NCBI GenBank assembly: GCA_951406725.2
Contig: OX597819.1
Coordinates: forward strand, 36,766,001-36,830,000
Length of the DNA stretch: 64,000 nt
Source: Octopus vulgaris
Lineage: Eukaryota
Direction: 5' to 3'
The notes beneath the pieces are model-generated. The model was given only the letters and a program-made list of their open reading frames with translations, was not told where the DNA came from and ran no database searches. Of the stretch, positions 14,131 through 26,318 are shown piece after piece. The first letter of the stretch is position 1. Every line of letters begins with the position of its first letter. The translations under genes were made by a program, and so were the position numbers.

Positions 14131-16179
14131 AATAAAAAGGATTGCCTAAATATCTATTGGTGATGTTTACACCATATTTCTTTTAGACTTGTTTGCTTTT
14201 GTGAAGTTTCGATGTTCAAATTTCTCTTTCCTTCGTGTGAAATATTCTTACGAAACTTATATTTATAGTCATCACTGGCTGTTTATGAAATTTGTTTTCT
14301 AGATTTGCAATATAATCCCCCTGATTGATGTCATATACTTTCAAACTGAAAGACGACACATCTATATTTGTGGGTCAATCCTATGCATAACATCTATAGA
14401 TATTGTTCCGTTGTCTGAAACAATAATATTCATCACGAGTTTTGACTAGGTAATAGTTTACCATCTCCCCTACTCTTTCCCTATATTATTTATTCTTTAA
14501 GTCTATGGTAATATGTCTTTATTATGGCAAAACAGTATATCTAAATTTATTTTATGCATCTGATGCTCTTTATCAAAAACTCGAAAGAAGTTTATAGTTA
14601 TATGTCTATTCTCATATAATCCCCGCTGTACAATGTATAAACCGAACTGCCTGAGATTACGTGGGATTTCCCATTGTCTATCTCTGTAACTTAATTATCA
14701 ATATAATCGCTTACTTCTTCTGATTTCTTCTGATTTCATCTCATCCTTGCTTTTACCATGACCAAATTTAACTAGACAACATATTTCTGACCTGCAATCC
14801 TATCTTCTTTCAAAATGATTTATCGAAATAAACCGAATTGAGAACATCTGCTTTACTGAGAACATCTGTCTCAATTCTTTTACATTGTATTCAGAGATTT
14901 CAACAAGATATTCGACTTCTCATTACTTAACAGATCAAGTTGGAGTGGAAGCTAAATAAATCATCTTTAACTGCATACTTTTGTTTCTCAGGAGCGCATT
15001 TAGTCATTGATTACATTATTTGGATTGATTCTTTAAAATGTGAACAGTGATTAAGGTTAATTAATGATTTAGTTCCGCTGGCACTTGGTTGGCAGGCAAA
15101 ATCTTCATCATTGAGAATATTCATCGTATGATCAACCGAAATTTGTACTTAATATGATCTCGTAGTAGTTAATATGCAAATGGCTTATTCGGTATCACAA
15201 CTAATGTCAGCTTTAATCTATTCTTTCTTGATAATAAACATCATTATCACTTCTAACTCGTTTTAAATTCTTTAACCCTTAATGACAGAATACTTCAATA
15301 ACGACTTTAAACGCAAAGATAGAAAAAAATACACTTTATTCGAGATGCTGAAGATATTCTAACATGATAAGAAGATAATATTATCATGATCTACAGATAA
15401 TGCTATTTTAAATTATTTTAAGGCAAATCATTCCGTGTCGGATGGGTTTGGATTTTGCTAATTATAGAGTAGCATTAAAATCAAAGCCAATTGTATACGA
15501 TGTAATCAGAATCGTTAATTCTTCACATGGAATTTAAAGTTTATTAGCTTTTTTTAAACTTTATAATAAATCAGTTTCTGTTGCTGGTCTAAGCGAGATC
15601 ATGATGTAGTTTTTAATTTATTGATAGTTTTTAATTCATTGATCGAATTTATTTTACACATTATGCTGCTTATATCCTTGCAAAATGAATAAATGAATAC
15701 ATTAATAATATAATATTATCAATCTACACTTTGTTGCAAGAATTCAAGCTAGGTCTCTTATTTAAGTATACATTCCACCCGTTAGATTTGTATGCCTTGA
15801 AAATTTTTAATGACGCTGCCTTTCATCCCGACTAAGTAGTAAAATTAGGATTGACCTATTACCATATTTAACATCACCAACTGGTATCTGTGAGAATTTA
15901 GCGGGGCCTGTTCAGCTGCAAGTACTTGCGGGAAGTCCTTAACTTTAGGATAACTTCCTGCTTTCCTTCCACAGGATTAACAGTCATGAACCAGCTTGTC
16001 ACATGATTGAGTCATGTAATAAATTCAAAATACGCTCGCTACCGCATCAGGATAATCCTACGACCAATTTGATTGCTAGAAACTCCTTAATAGTGTTAGC
16101 TTGAAGATGCGATATAAAAGCTCGTGTTCACATAATTACTCTTAATGAGAATTTTGCTGTTTATGCTACAGGTAGTATT

Positions 16180-16460
16180 CAGGTAAAATTTTGGCACGAA
16201 GCCAGCAATTTCACTGGAGGTGGTAAGTCGATTACTTCGATCCTAGTGTTCGACCGGTATTTATTTTATCGATTCCGAAAGAATGGAAAGCAAAATCGGA
16301 CGAAATGCCGCAAAGCATTTCTCCCGGTCTACCATTTATTGTGCCAGCTTATCTGCTGCAAGTAATATTGCCTTCCAATTTTGACTCAAGAGGAAGTGGG
16401 TAAGTCGACTACATCAACCTCCAGAGTTCAAATGGTAGTTACTTTATCGCTCCTCCTCGA
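16180..16460 (-). mobile_element. Degenerate Meta-like SINE fragments
   Basis: GGTAAGTCGATTACTTCGATCCTAGTG...GGTATTTATTTTATCGATTCCGAAAGAATGGAAAGCAAA. Confidence 0.65.
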
Positions 16461-16523
16461 AAGGGTTAGGGTTTTAGGTTGAAACGCATAAAAGAGTAAA
16501 GAATAAGATATTCTGTGTATTTA

Positions 16524-16560
<37 letters not shown>

Positions 16561-16659
16561 GTATATATGTATATATGCAATTCAAAATGTGACCGCGTGT
16601 GTACCGTTGGCGATTTTCTTTCCTCCAACTTCCCTTCTCTGGATCTTTCCTTTTCCTAT

Positions 16660-16694
16660 GTTTCTGACGAAGAACTCCGCTCGAAACGTTAAAC
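16660..16694 (+). ncRNA. Minimal hammerhead ribozyme motif in a Penelope-type terminus (about 16580-16796)
   Basis: GTTT-CTGACGA-AGAACTCCGCTC-GAAAC-GTT-AAAC: stem I GTTT/AAAC, palindromic ACGT stem III, one mismatch in stem II; the terminus recurs as rc at 24309-24353. Confidence 0.7.
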
Positions 16695-16791
16695 CCTCCT
16701 TCTTCCCTTCCTTTCTGAGCGTCCAATAATACTATATTTGTTCCACGTCCTCGCGTTGTTGTGTTTTCTCTTTGGTTTTTCATGTTTGGAT

Positions 16792-16858
<67 letters not shown>

Positions 16859-16942
16859 GTATTTTACAAAAAAAAAACACGAAGACAGGTGTGTAAACTA
16901 CAAACAGGTGTATTAATTTAACGCTCGTCAAGGTGAGAAAAT

Positions 16943-16977
16943 CTTTTATGTTTCGAGCCTACGCTCTTCAATAGAAT
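16943..16977 (-). ncRNA. Degenerate hammerhead motif
   Basis: Minus strand TT-CTATTGA-A-GAGC-GTAG-GCTC-GAAAC-ATA-AAAG; perfect stem II, mutated core. Confidence 0.5.
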
Positions 16978-17064
16978 GGAACATAAGAAAATAAACAGAC
17001 AGATAGATATCATTATATATACTCATATACATACATGCATACTTACATACATACATATATATAC

Positions 17065-17144
<80 letters not shown>

Positions 17145-17369
17145 TAGAGATAAAACCACTATTAGGTAAATCAAACAGTGAAAAACATAAGCCAAAACAT
17201 AAAATTAATTTTAAAATATAAAAGTTAAAAATAAAAAATTATTTAAATAATTTAAACTTATAAATTTTATATATATATACAACTATATATATATATATAT
17301 GTATGTATATTTTTATATTTATTATTTTATTTATTATTTATATTATATATATTTTATTTATTATATATA

Positions 17370-18105
17370 TTAGGTTGTCAAGTACGAAATTTTTTGACAG
17401 TTGCTCATTTTGCACCATTATAATATTTTGACCATCTATATTTTTTTGTTATAAAGCTGACACATCTATTTCTTTATTCTCACTCATGTTGCGCTTTAGA
17501 AAGTATTTATAAATCACTTTTTGCTATTTTTGTTTTGAAATGGATAAGTCGGAAATTCGTACAGTTTTGAAATATGAGTTCTTTCTTGGAAATACAGCAT
17601 CACAGACAGCTCGGAATATTAATGGAGTATATCATTCCAATGTTATTACACAGCAGACAGTATCAAATTGCTTTGCAAATTTTCGTTCTGGTAACTTTGA
17701 TCTCGCAAATGAGCAACGAGGTCGACCAGAAACAAAGGTGGATATTGACGAAGTGAAAGTCACCGTCGAGTCAGTTCCATCTCAACGTGTCCATGAATTA
17801 TCGTTGTTGTTTGGTGTTTGCAAGCAAACAATATTGACTCACCTAGTTTACATGGGTAAAGTGAAAAAGTTGGATAAGTGGGTTTTACATTAACTCAATA
17901 ACAATCAGAAACAGCAAAGTTTGGAAGCCTGCATTATGCTGCATTCTCGTCAAAAAATGAATGAATTTTGAATCGAATTGTAACATGTGATGAGAAAGGG
18001 ATCCAATACAACAACTGTAAATGTTCAACAACCGTAAATGGTTGGACAAAGACGAGCCACCAAAACACAGTCCAAAAAGCAAAAGTCATCAAAAGAAGCT
18101 GATGC
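17370..18105 (+). mobile_element. 3'-truncated mariner transposon (Hsmar1/cecropia-like); transposase pseudogene from 17540
   Basis: TA + TTAGGTTG TIR start; MDKSEIRTVLKYEF..G..AS.TARNIN HTH, GRP motif, KKLDKWVLH*L (WVPHEL), then RIVTCDEK and WLDKDEPPK. Confidence 0.92.
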
Positions 18106-18742
18106 AAGTAACCAACTGCGGTGACCCACGTAGCGAGACATGTGTGATAGGTCGATTCGACTAAAACAATTGAAGATGGTACTGTATTATGGTTGCAATT
18201 CAATGACCGAGACAAGTAACAGATAAAGATTGATATTAAATGCATGCATGCGACAAATATGATTGACTGAATATTCACAAAATAGCTAAAGATATTCAAT
18301 ATCATTTCAGAACAATTTCTCTACAATATAGTGAATTTATGTGCATTGCGTGTACTTCAGGGATTTATATACTATGGTATGATGATAAGGAAAATGCTAA
18401 GCGATTATGCGATACAGACCGACTGAATTACTACAAAAACACAGATCTAAAATTTATTTTCTATTTAGAAGAAAATGAATTATAAGCGAATTTCCATATG
18501 GCAACGATATATTATTTTATACTTCTTCCAGTCATTTGCCTGCGGCCATGCTGAGGCGCTGCCTCGAAAAGATAAATCTAATAAATCAATCACAATACCT
18601 ATTTGTACAAATTTCTTTATGCCCCTTACTAAATTCTATCAGTCTTTGTTTCGCCGCTACTTTACGGGAAAGGAAACAAATCAACAGCGGTTGTCAAGTA
18701 AAGGTGGAGGATACTCACAAAGGCACGCACGCGAGCAGCACA

Positions 18743-18808
<66 letters not shown>

Positions 18809-18810
18809 CA

Positions 18811-19050
18811 CAGAGGTTTGGCCAAAAGTCACCTGACAGTAAATCAAAGCTCATTTAATTCTAAGATTAAAACAAAAATTATTTTATATGAGACTTCGCT
18901 AATAAATAAACAAAAATAAAAAAAGAAACGTTGATTTTAACAAACAGCATTTAATTATTAAATATTCATAATTAGAATGAATAAATAAAATTGAATATTA
19001 AGCATTTATGGAATTTTGATTCACTGTCGAGTGACTTTTGGCCAACGATG
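18811..19050. mobile_element. Tc1-like MITE
   Basis: TIRs TTGGCCAAAAGTCACCTGACAGTAAATCAAA / TTTGATTCACTGTCGAGTGACTTTTGGCCAA. Confidence 0.8.
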
Positions 19051-19157
19051 TATATATATATATGTATGTATGTATATGTATATGTATATATATGTGCGTA
19101 TGTGCGTGTCTGTGTATACCTTCAATATTCATTAGCCCCTTGTGAGCAATAAAGAAA

Positions 19158-19415
19158 TAAGAAGCTTGCTTCCCAACCACATGGCTCTGGGTTCAGTCCC
19201 ACTGGGTGGCACTGTGAGTGTCTTCTACTATAGCTTCGGGATGACAAAAGCCTTGTGAGTGGATTCGGTAGACAGAAACTGAAAGAGACTTGTCGTGTGT
19301 GTGTGTGGATGAGTGACTTTGTGTCAGAGTGTGTTGCCTGTCACCGCTTGACAACCGGCGCTGGTGTATTTATTGTACCCGTAACTTTGTGGTTCGACAA
19401 AAGAATAAAAGAATG
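19158..19415 (+). mobile_element. CORE-type SINE, 5'-truncated
   Basis: AAGAAGCTTGCTTCCCAACCACATGG...GGTTCAGTCCCACTG...GGTAGACAGAAACTGAAAG. Confidence 0.8.
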
Positions 19416-20080
19416 AAAGAACGCACAGCACATCTTTGTCCAGCTAAGTAAATCTTAATGGATTGCGAAGCCTAGAAGACAGGATCGAAGGGAATAATAG
19501 ATATAGGAAAGTTGGCCAGAAAATACGAAAGAAATAAGCTAAAATATTTCATTACATATAAACGAATCGAATATTTTATAGTCGTCATACGAATAGAAAC
19601 AAACTTACCAAAGCTCTACAAATAAGTGGAAATGAACACAGGTTTTACATAGAGTTCAGGCTAAAAAGGATATTATTTCTGTATGTGCATTATTAAAATT
19701 CTATATATTTTGCATTAATTTGCATACATAACGACAAAATCATTCGGAGCGAAATCAGAATTTTTCATTAATTAGTAACAGAACTAACAATAACTATGAT
19801 TTAAATTTGAGAAACTCAGGTCTCAATAAAAGCTGTGCACACCATACTAACTTCTCCAACAAGAACAAAACGGCATTACTAATTGCTATATTCACTTGCA
19901 CTAGCACAGCAGTTCATTTCATCAAAACCCCACACAACAAAGAGTAATTGTAAATTAAAACAGAGATCGCCAAAATCTCATAGGTAGTGTTAAATCTGGT
20001 GCAAACATTTAAACACAGTCAAGAGCAGCAGCAGATGCCTCCCAGAGACATTGAGTACCACCATGACCCACTTTTAAATA

Positions 20081-20465
20081 TATTTCTTTACTATGCACAA
20101 GGGGCTAAACACAGAAGAGACAAACAAGGACAGACAAACGGATTAAGTCGATTACATCGACCCCAGTGCGTAACTGGTACTTAATTTAACGACCCCGAAA
20201 GGATGAAAGGCAAAGTCGACCTCGGTGGAATTTGAACTCAGAACGTAGCGGCAGACGAAATACCTATTTCTTTACTACCCACAAGGGGCTAAACACAGAG
20301 GGGACAAACAAGGACAGGCAAACGGATTAAGTCGATTACATCGACCCCAGTACATAACTGGTACTTAATTTATCGACCCCGAAAGGATGAAAGGCAAAGT
20401 CGACCTCGGCGGAATTTGAACTCAGAACGTAATGGCGGACGAAATACGGCAACGCAATTCGCCCA
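20081..20465 (-). mobile_element. Meta-like SINE, tandem dimer (184-bp unit)
   Basis: Units start at 20081 and 20265 (TATTTCTTTACTA) and are nearly identical. Confidence 0.9.
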
Positions 20466-20760
20466 CTTTTAAATAAAAGGAGCCAACTTGCTGAAACATG
20501 CCCAAATTCTCCATCTGAGCATTTTAACGAGGACAATTTTGATTTATTAAATGCGAGGCCTGATGATTCATACAGCTTATACAGCATCGTGACGCTGTTC
20601 CTTATCTTTCCAATACATTGACGTGTTTAGTTGATCTGACAAAAACATGGTTCGCGTGTGTATAATAATTGTTTATCTTACACATGTAAAGACAGACGCT
20701 TATACACTCACGAATACACACACATGTACATATACACAACAAACCTAAAATAAAATTAAA

Positions 20761-21146
20761 GGCGCAGGAGTGGCTGTGTGGTAAGTAGCTTGCTAACCAA
20801 CCACATGGTTCCGGGTTCAGTCCCACTGCGTGGCATCTTGGGCAAGTGTCTTCTGCTATAGCCCCGGGCCGACCAATGCCTTGTGAGTGGATTTGGTAGA
20901 CGGAAACTGAAAGAAACCTGTCGTATATATGTATATATATGTATGTGTGTGTGTGATTGTGTGTCTGTGTTTGTCCCACTAGCATTGCTTGACAACCGAT
21001 GCTGGTGTGTTTACGTCCCCGTCACTTAGCGGTTCGGCAAAAGAGACCGATAGAATAAGTACTGGGGTTACAAAGAATAAGTCCCGGGGTCGATTTGCTC
21101 GACCAAAGGCGGTACTCCAGCATGGCCGCAGTCAAATGACTGAAAC

Positions 21147-21150
<4 letters not shown>
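20761..21150 (+). mobile_element. Full-length CORE-type SINE
   Basis: GGCGCAGGAGTGGCTGTGTGGTAAG A box, GGGTTCAGTCCC B box, CTTGGGCAAGTGTCTT core, internal TA/TG tract, CAAATGACTGAAACAA tail. Confidence 0.92.
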
Positions 21151-21191
<41 letters not shown>

Positions 21192-21622
21192 GTAAATACG
21201 TCTTGTTATTCTCTGCATACACAGAAAAGAAAAAAAGAAATTGTTCTGACATGTTTTCTGATATGCTGACTACATATCACCAGAAGTGTATTCTACTATA
21301 ATTACCCTGTAAGTGCGTATGTACTCCGTTATCTTTCTGTTTATGAAGAGAACTTCTAACAATCGCTATCTAAATGAACACAAACCAACAGTTAGTTCTC
21401 TTGGCTTGACTAATTTGCGTTCGTAGTTAATGAGATTAAATAATTAATAAATTTCTATGAACAACGCATCGTATATCAGAAACTCAAGATAAGATTTCTA
21501 TTAGTTAAACTTAAGTTTTTAAAGCTATCGTTGTAAAACTTAAAATAAATATAAATACACCTTGTTTTTTTCCATTCTCACAAATAAAACTGAAAGCAAT
21601 TGTTCCGATAAATCTCTCACGT

Positions 21623-21624
<2 letters not shown>

Positions 21625-21717
<93 letters not shown>

Positions 21718-21820
21718 CATACACACATACATACATACATACATACATACATACATACATACATACATACATACATACATACATACATACATACATACAT
21801 ACACATGCATACATACACAC
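21625..21820. repeat. (CA)n(TACA)n microsatellite
   Basis: Direct inspection. Confidence 0.95.
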
Positions 21821-22409
21821 GTACTACGTGTGAATGAGCAGCAGAAATAAATAAATGAATACATATATACATAAATAAGTGGGACAAAATGACACGCAGC
21901 ATTAGAGAATTATTAAAGAATGTAGTTTCCACTTCCCTCTTTTCCTTAAAATATATGTTGATCTTAGTCATAAAGATATCTTAGACTGCATTCCAAAAAT
22001 GACCGCTCACCTGATTACTGTGAAGTCTTTGATGAACATTTTCCAATCTCTTATCCAAAGACATAAACCTCTTCTACAACTACTACAGTGGAATCACCTG
22101 CTATGCTCTGGCTAATCTCTTAGCACTTCTGTTCAAATACTCTCACACGTATATTTCCCCCTCTCATCATACATATTGGGTTTGCGTCCTCGAGGCTACC
22201 CGCTACCACATTTTCCTCATCTTTTATTCCAAGAACGCGGCCGCTGTTGATTTTCCTTTGTCTGCACATTGCAGTTATCAACTTGCATCTTATAAAGAGG
22301 AAGATCAACCGCGTCGATGTAAGCGGTCTTAAAAGGCCTGCGAAGAACATCAGCATGGCCGCAGTCAAATGACTGAAACAAGTAAAAGAATGAAAGAATA
22401 TAGACATAA

Positions 22410-22805
22410 GCGCAGGAGTGACTCTGTGGTAAGTAGCTTGCTTACCAACCACATGGTTCCGGGTTCGGTTCCACTGCGTGGCACCTTGGGTAAGTGTCTT
22501 CTACTATAGCCTCGGGCCGACCAAAGCCTTGTGAATGGATTTGGTAGACGGAAACTGAAAGAAGCCCGTCGTATATATATATGTGTGTGTGTGTATGTGT
22601 GTGTGTGGGTGTGTGTCCTCAACATCGCTTGACAACCAATGCTGGTGTGTTTACGTCCCCGTAACTTAGCGGTTCAGCAAAAGAGACCTATAGAATAAGT
22701 ACTAGGCTTACAAAGAATAAGTCCTGGGGGGCAATTTCTTCGACTAAAGGCGATATTCCAGCATGGCCACAGTCAAATGACTGAAACAAGTAAAAGAATA
22801 AAAGA
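22410..22805 (+). mobile_element. Full-length CORE-type SINE, preceded by an extra tail fragment at 22351-22399
   Basis: High similarity to the 20761 copy. Confidence 0.92.
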
Positions 22806-23646
22806 GAGAGTAAATAGTATAGAATTTATATTACAAAACAATATATTACCTCACCTTTCTGGCTTTCACACTTACCTTTAACTGAGTTACTCATTGTTAT
22901 TAAGAACGCATTATATAAATTACTCCTTATCTCTAAAAATTTCAATTCGACAAGTACATCTGATGTCTAACACTGATAACATTACTATCAAATATTGGAG
23001 TTATCAAAGATGTTGTAAGTATTCTGTTACTTGATCTTAATAAGATCCATTCTGCTGATATAAAAACAAGAAAAGAATAATATTCTGTTCGTTGCAAGCT
23101 TAAATCACTTCACAACTAAACAGCTTTTGCAACAGGTATCGTTCGTGTTCCAAAATTGCTTGTTACAGAAAGCAATTGCTATTTCAAATTTTGTAATGAT
23201 GATTGATTTTAAAAGACATGCAAAACCTGTTGCAAGTTGCTACAGAAGAGAGAGAGCTAAAAATTGTATTGCAAATTAGCTACCGACATTATCTCTATCA
23301 TTCACTACTCTATGCAAAACCACTCCGACAGAAATGTCTGTATAACGTATGCAGATTAAAAATATTTTACATTTGTGGTTTAAGGAGAATTATTCAAGAT
23401 TCTATAGACTTTATATATTGAAAGTTATAAAGATAACGCTAGAGAAAAGAAGAAAACAGGGTGTATATAGCTGCTGTCACATTTAAGAATACATACGAGG
23501 TACTTGCAGTTAGTTCATTCATTAATATCATAAACCAAGATATAACATCCAGAAGGCAATTTCAAGAACTTGTACTTCGAAATCAAATATTAAGGTGTCC
23601 TTTCTAGATGATCAACAAATCCACCACACACAAACTGTTATAAGAA

Positions 23647-23719
23647 GGTTCTGTGGTGTAGTGGTTATCACACCTACTTTACATGCAGAAGGTCGTGAGT
23701 TCGATCCTCACCAGAACCT
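23647..23719 (+). tRNA. tRNA-Val(TAC), probably a pseudogene
   Basis: GGTTCTG/CAGAACC acceptor stem, TGGTGTAGTGGTTATCAC D arm, TT-TAC-AT anticodon loop, GTGAG-TTCGATC-CTCAC T arm; anticodon stem CCTAC/GCAGA has two mismatches; discriminator T; TTTT at 23733. Confidence 0.85.
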
Positions 23720-23737
23720 TTGCCTTTAAGCATTTTA

Positions 23738-24133
23738 GGCGCAGGCGTGGCCGTGTGGTAAGAATCTTGCTTCCCAACTACCAGGTTCAGAGTTCAGTCA
23801 CACTACGTGTCTTCCACTGTAAACTCGGGTCGACCAAAGCCTTGTGAGTGGAGTTGGTAGACGGAAACTGAAAGAGGTCCGTCGTATATATGTATATCTG
23901 TGTATGCGTGTCTTTGTGTCTATGTTTGTTCCCCTGCCATCGCTTGTCAAACGATGCTGGTGTGTGTATGTCCCCGTAACTTCGTGGTTCGGCAAAAGTG
24001 ACCGATAGAATAAATACTAGGCTTACAAAGAATAAGTCTTGTGGTTGATTTCTTCAACTAAAACTCTTTAAGGTGGTGTTTCAGCATAGCCACACTCAAG
24101 TGACTGAAACAAGTAAACGAATAAAATAAAAGA
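23738..24133 (+). mobile_element. CORE-type SINE
   Basis: Similar to the 20761 copy. Confidence 0.9.
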
Positions 24134-24711
24134 ATATATATATGACCAAGGAATAAATGATTATCATATGAATTTCATTAGCTTACAGCTGTTTCCGGTA
24201 TAAGATGCGGTGATCTCATAGTTGAGTGCCTGCGTAACACTTTAAAGCTTCATTGGTAACTCAAGTATAGAGTACAATTTCTTTGGGAATACAACTATAT
24301 ATATATAAAGTTAATCCAAACATGAAAACACAACAACGCGAGGACGTGGAACAATGTATATATATATATATATAGTGAGAGAAATTGATGCACTCGATCT
24401 TATTCTCTGCGCCCTGAGTTCACATCCCACCCGAAGTCAATAGCGAATACCCGCCCAATGAATTGAAATAATTGTTAGAACGTGACACGCGATGCTATAA
24501 TACAGAATCTCTTCTAGCTATTTGTCTTCTTAAATCAAATCCCATGTAGGTGGTGATAGCCAGACCTTATTCACCTTTAGCGTGGGAGATCTCCATCGAG
24601 CCCACAACTATCAGATAGCCTACATAAATCAGCAACAGCTTAAGGCTTCATCTTGTAGTGGATCGAAAACAGTTGAATGGCGAATTTATAAATATGTACG
24701 CATGTATGTAT

Positions 24712-24855
24712 TAGGGCTCACAAAAAACCGATAATTCCCAAAACCGAGTGTAAGTATAAGTAATTCTCAAAACCGATTAAAAACCGGTTTTCGTGGATTT
24801 AGAGCGGCGTCCCTGTAACGAAGAAGTTATAATTGTATTTTCTTTATATACATAC

Positions 24856-24911
<56 letters not shown>

Positions 24912-26318
24912 TGACTGATATCCAAAAATATGTTGATAGTGCCTGTATCTGTATCTATGTATAAACAATAACAGAAAATCTGTTTGAAAAAGTATGTCTT
25001 CTTGGCTTATGTCAGCTTCATTATCACTATCATCTATTATAGCGATCTCTTCACTTTTCTTATCAGTGTCATCGGTTGAGGCAACATTTTCAATATTTTT
25101 TTTTATACAGAATGTTGATCACAGACAGATGTATGCAATGTGTGAGACATTGTTGATGATAAGGTCTTATTTATTTTCCGAATTTCACCATCAAAGAAGC
25201 ACCATCCGTCGTACAGCCAACAATGTGTATATCCAAATCCAATCCAAATTCACGAAGATGTTCTCTTACAAATTGCTCTGTTCTCCTACTATTAAGGGAA
25301 GCGTGAATCTCAATAAGACCCAACGACCAGTGATTGCCTTTCACATGAATATTATGTTCATATATCGTTTATTTTGAATTGATGTGTATTCATCCAATGT
25401 CAATGAGTGGTGAATCCCCAGCCCTACTTCTTTTTCGTAATAATGAATAAGTTCTTCTTTCTTGGATATGTAATAATTCATTACCGTATTCCTGACTCCG
25501 TTTGCAGATGTTGGTTGTAATTTATCATATTTGCCTCTTTGACCATGAATATTTCTCTGTATAAAATCGATTTTGGCGATTGAATTGAAAGAGAATCCAT
25601 TCATAGCAGTTAACTTTGAAACTTCTTCCATTGATTTCTTTGATAAAAAATGTTCCATTGTTCTTGTCATTTTCAGAGGAGGCTGGTTTGCATCTTGATT
25701 TATGTCGATTTGATGAATTTTCTTCAAGTGCAAGATCAGAGACGTAGTAGATCCTCCAGAGAATTTCATGATCTTATCACACTTATTGCATTGAGCTTCA
25801 TCTTTGTTTTTCCTAGCGAAAAAATTCCAAACAGTTGATTTTCTTTTTATCATGCAAGGGCTAATGAAAATAATTAAGACAAAATTTAGTTAATGTTACT
25901 TCCATGAAAGGAATCTCTGGTTATTACATATGCTCAACGGGAAAGATCACCTGATTGAAGACTAACAGCATCCCCTTGACTTGCTGTGAATAAACTCTGT
26001 TATCTCCAAATGCAAAGAGTCAGCCAGAGGTTAGTGAAAGAAATGACAAGATGCTGATCTAAGGTTCAAAGGGAGAGAAGGTGAGAATTGATATGTTGCG
26101 ATATGTTTCAATGAAGCAGACAGCACTCTCAAGTAAAGGCGACCGACAACAGTTCAGTTAGTTCAGTTTCAACGATATTTCTTGAAAAGAAAAAAATGCA
26201 ACAAAAAAAAATAGAAACAGCAAATATTAAAATCGGTTTTGGCAAATCCGTTTCGGCTTTACTGATCATAATATAAAACCGGTTTTAACTGGTTTTATAA
26301 AACCGGTTTCGATGCCTA
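24712..26318 (-). mobile_element. Internally deleted hAT transposon
   Basis: Both termini begin TAGG; subterminal AAACCG repeats at both ends; imperfect 8-bp TSD GTATGTAT/TTATGCAT. Confidence 0.85.
25341..25853 (-). pseudogene. hAT transposase N-terminus (BED zinc finger to first catalytic Asp)
   Basis: STVWNFF...AQCNKC...GGSTTSLILHLKKIH BED finger; SLTLDEYTS..NKRYMNI motif; frame breaks afterwards. Confidence 0.9.

Noticed and set aside
14130-16150. Non-repetitive AT-rich stretch as possible host exons or old LINE
   Set aside because: No ORF, splice pattern or motif could be supported
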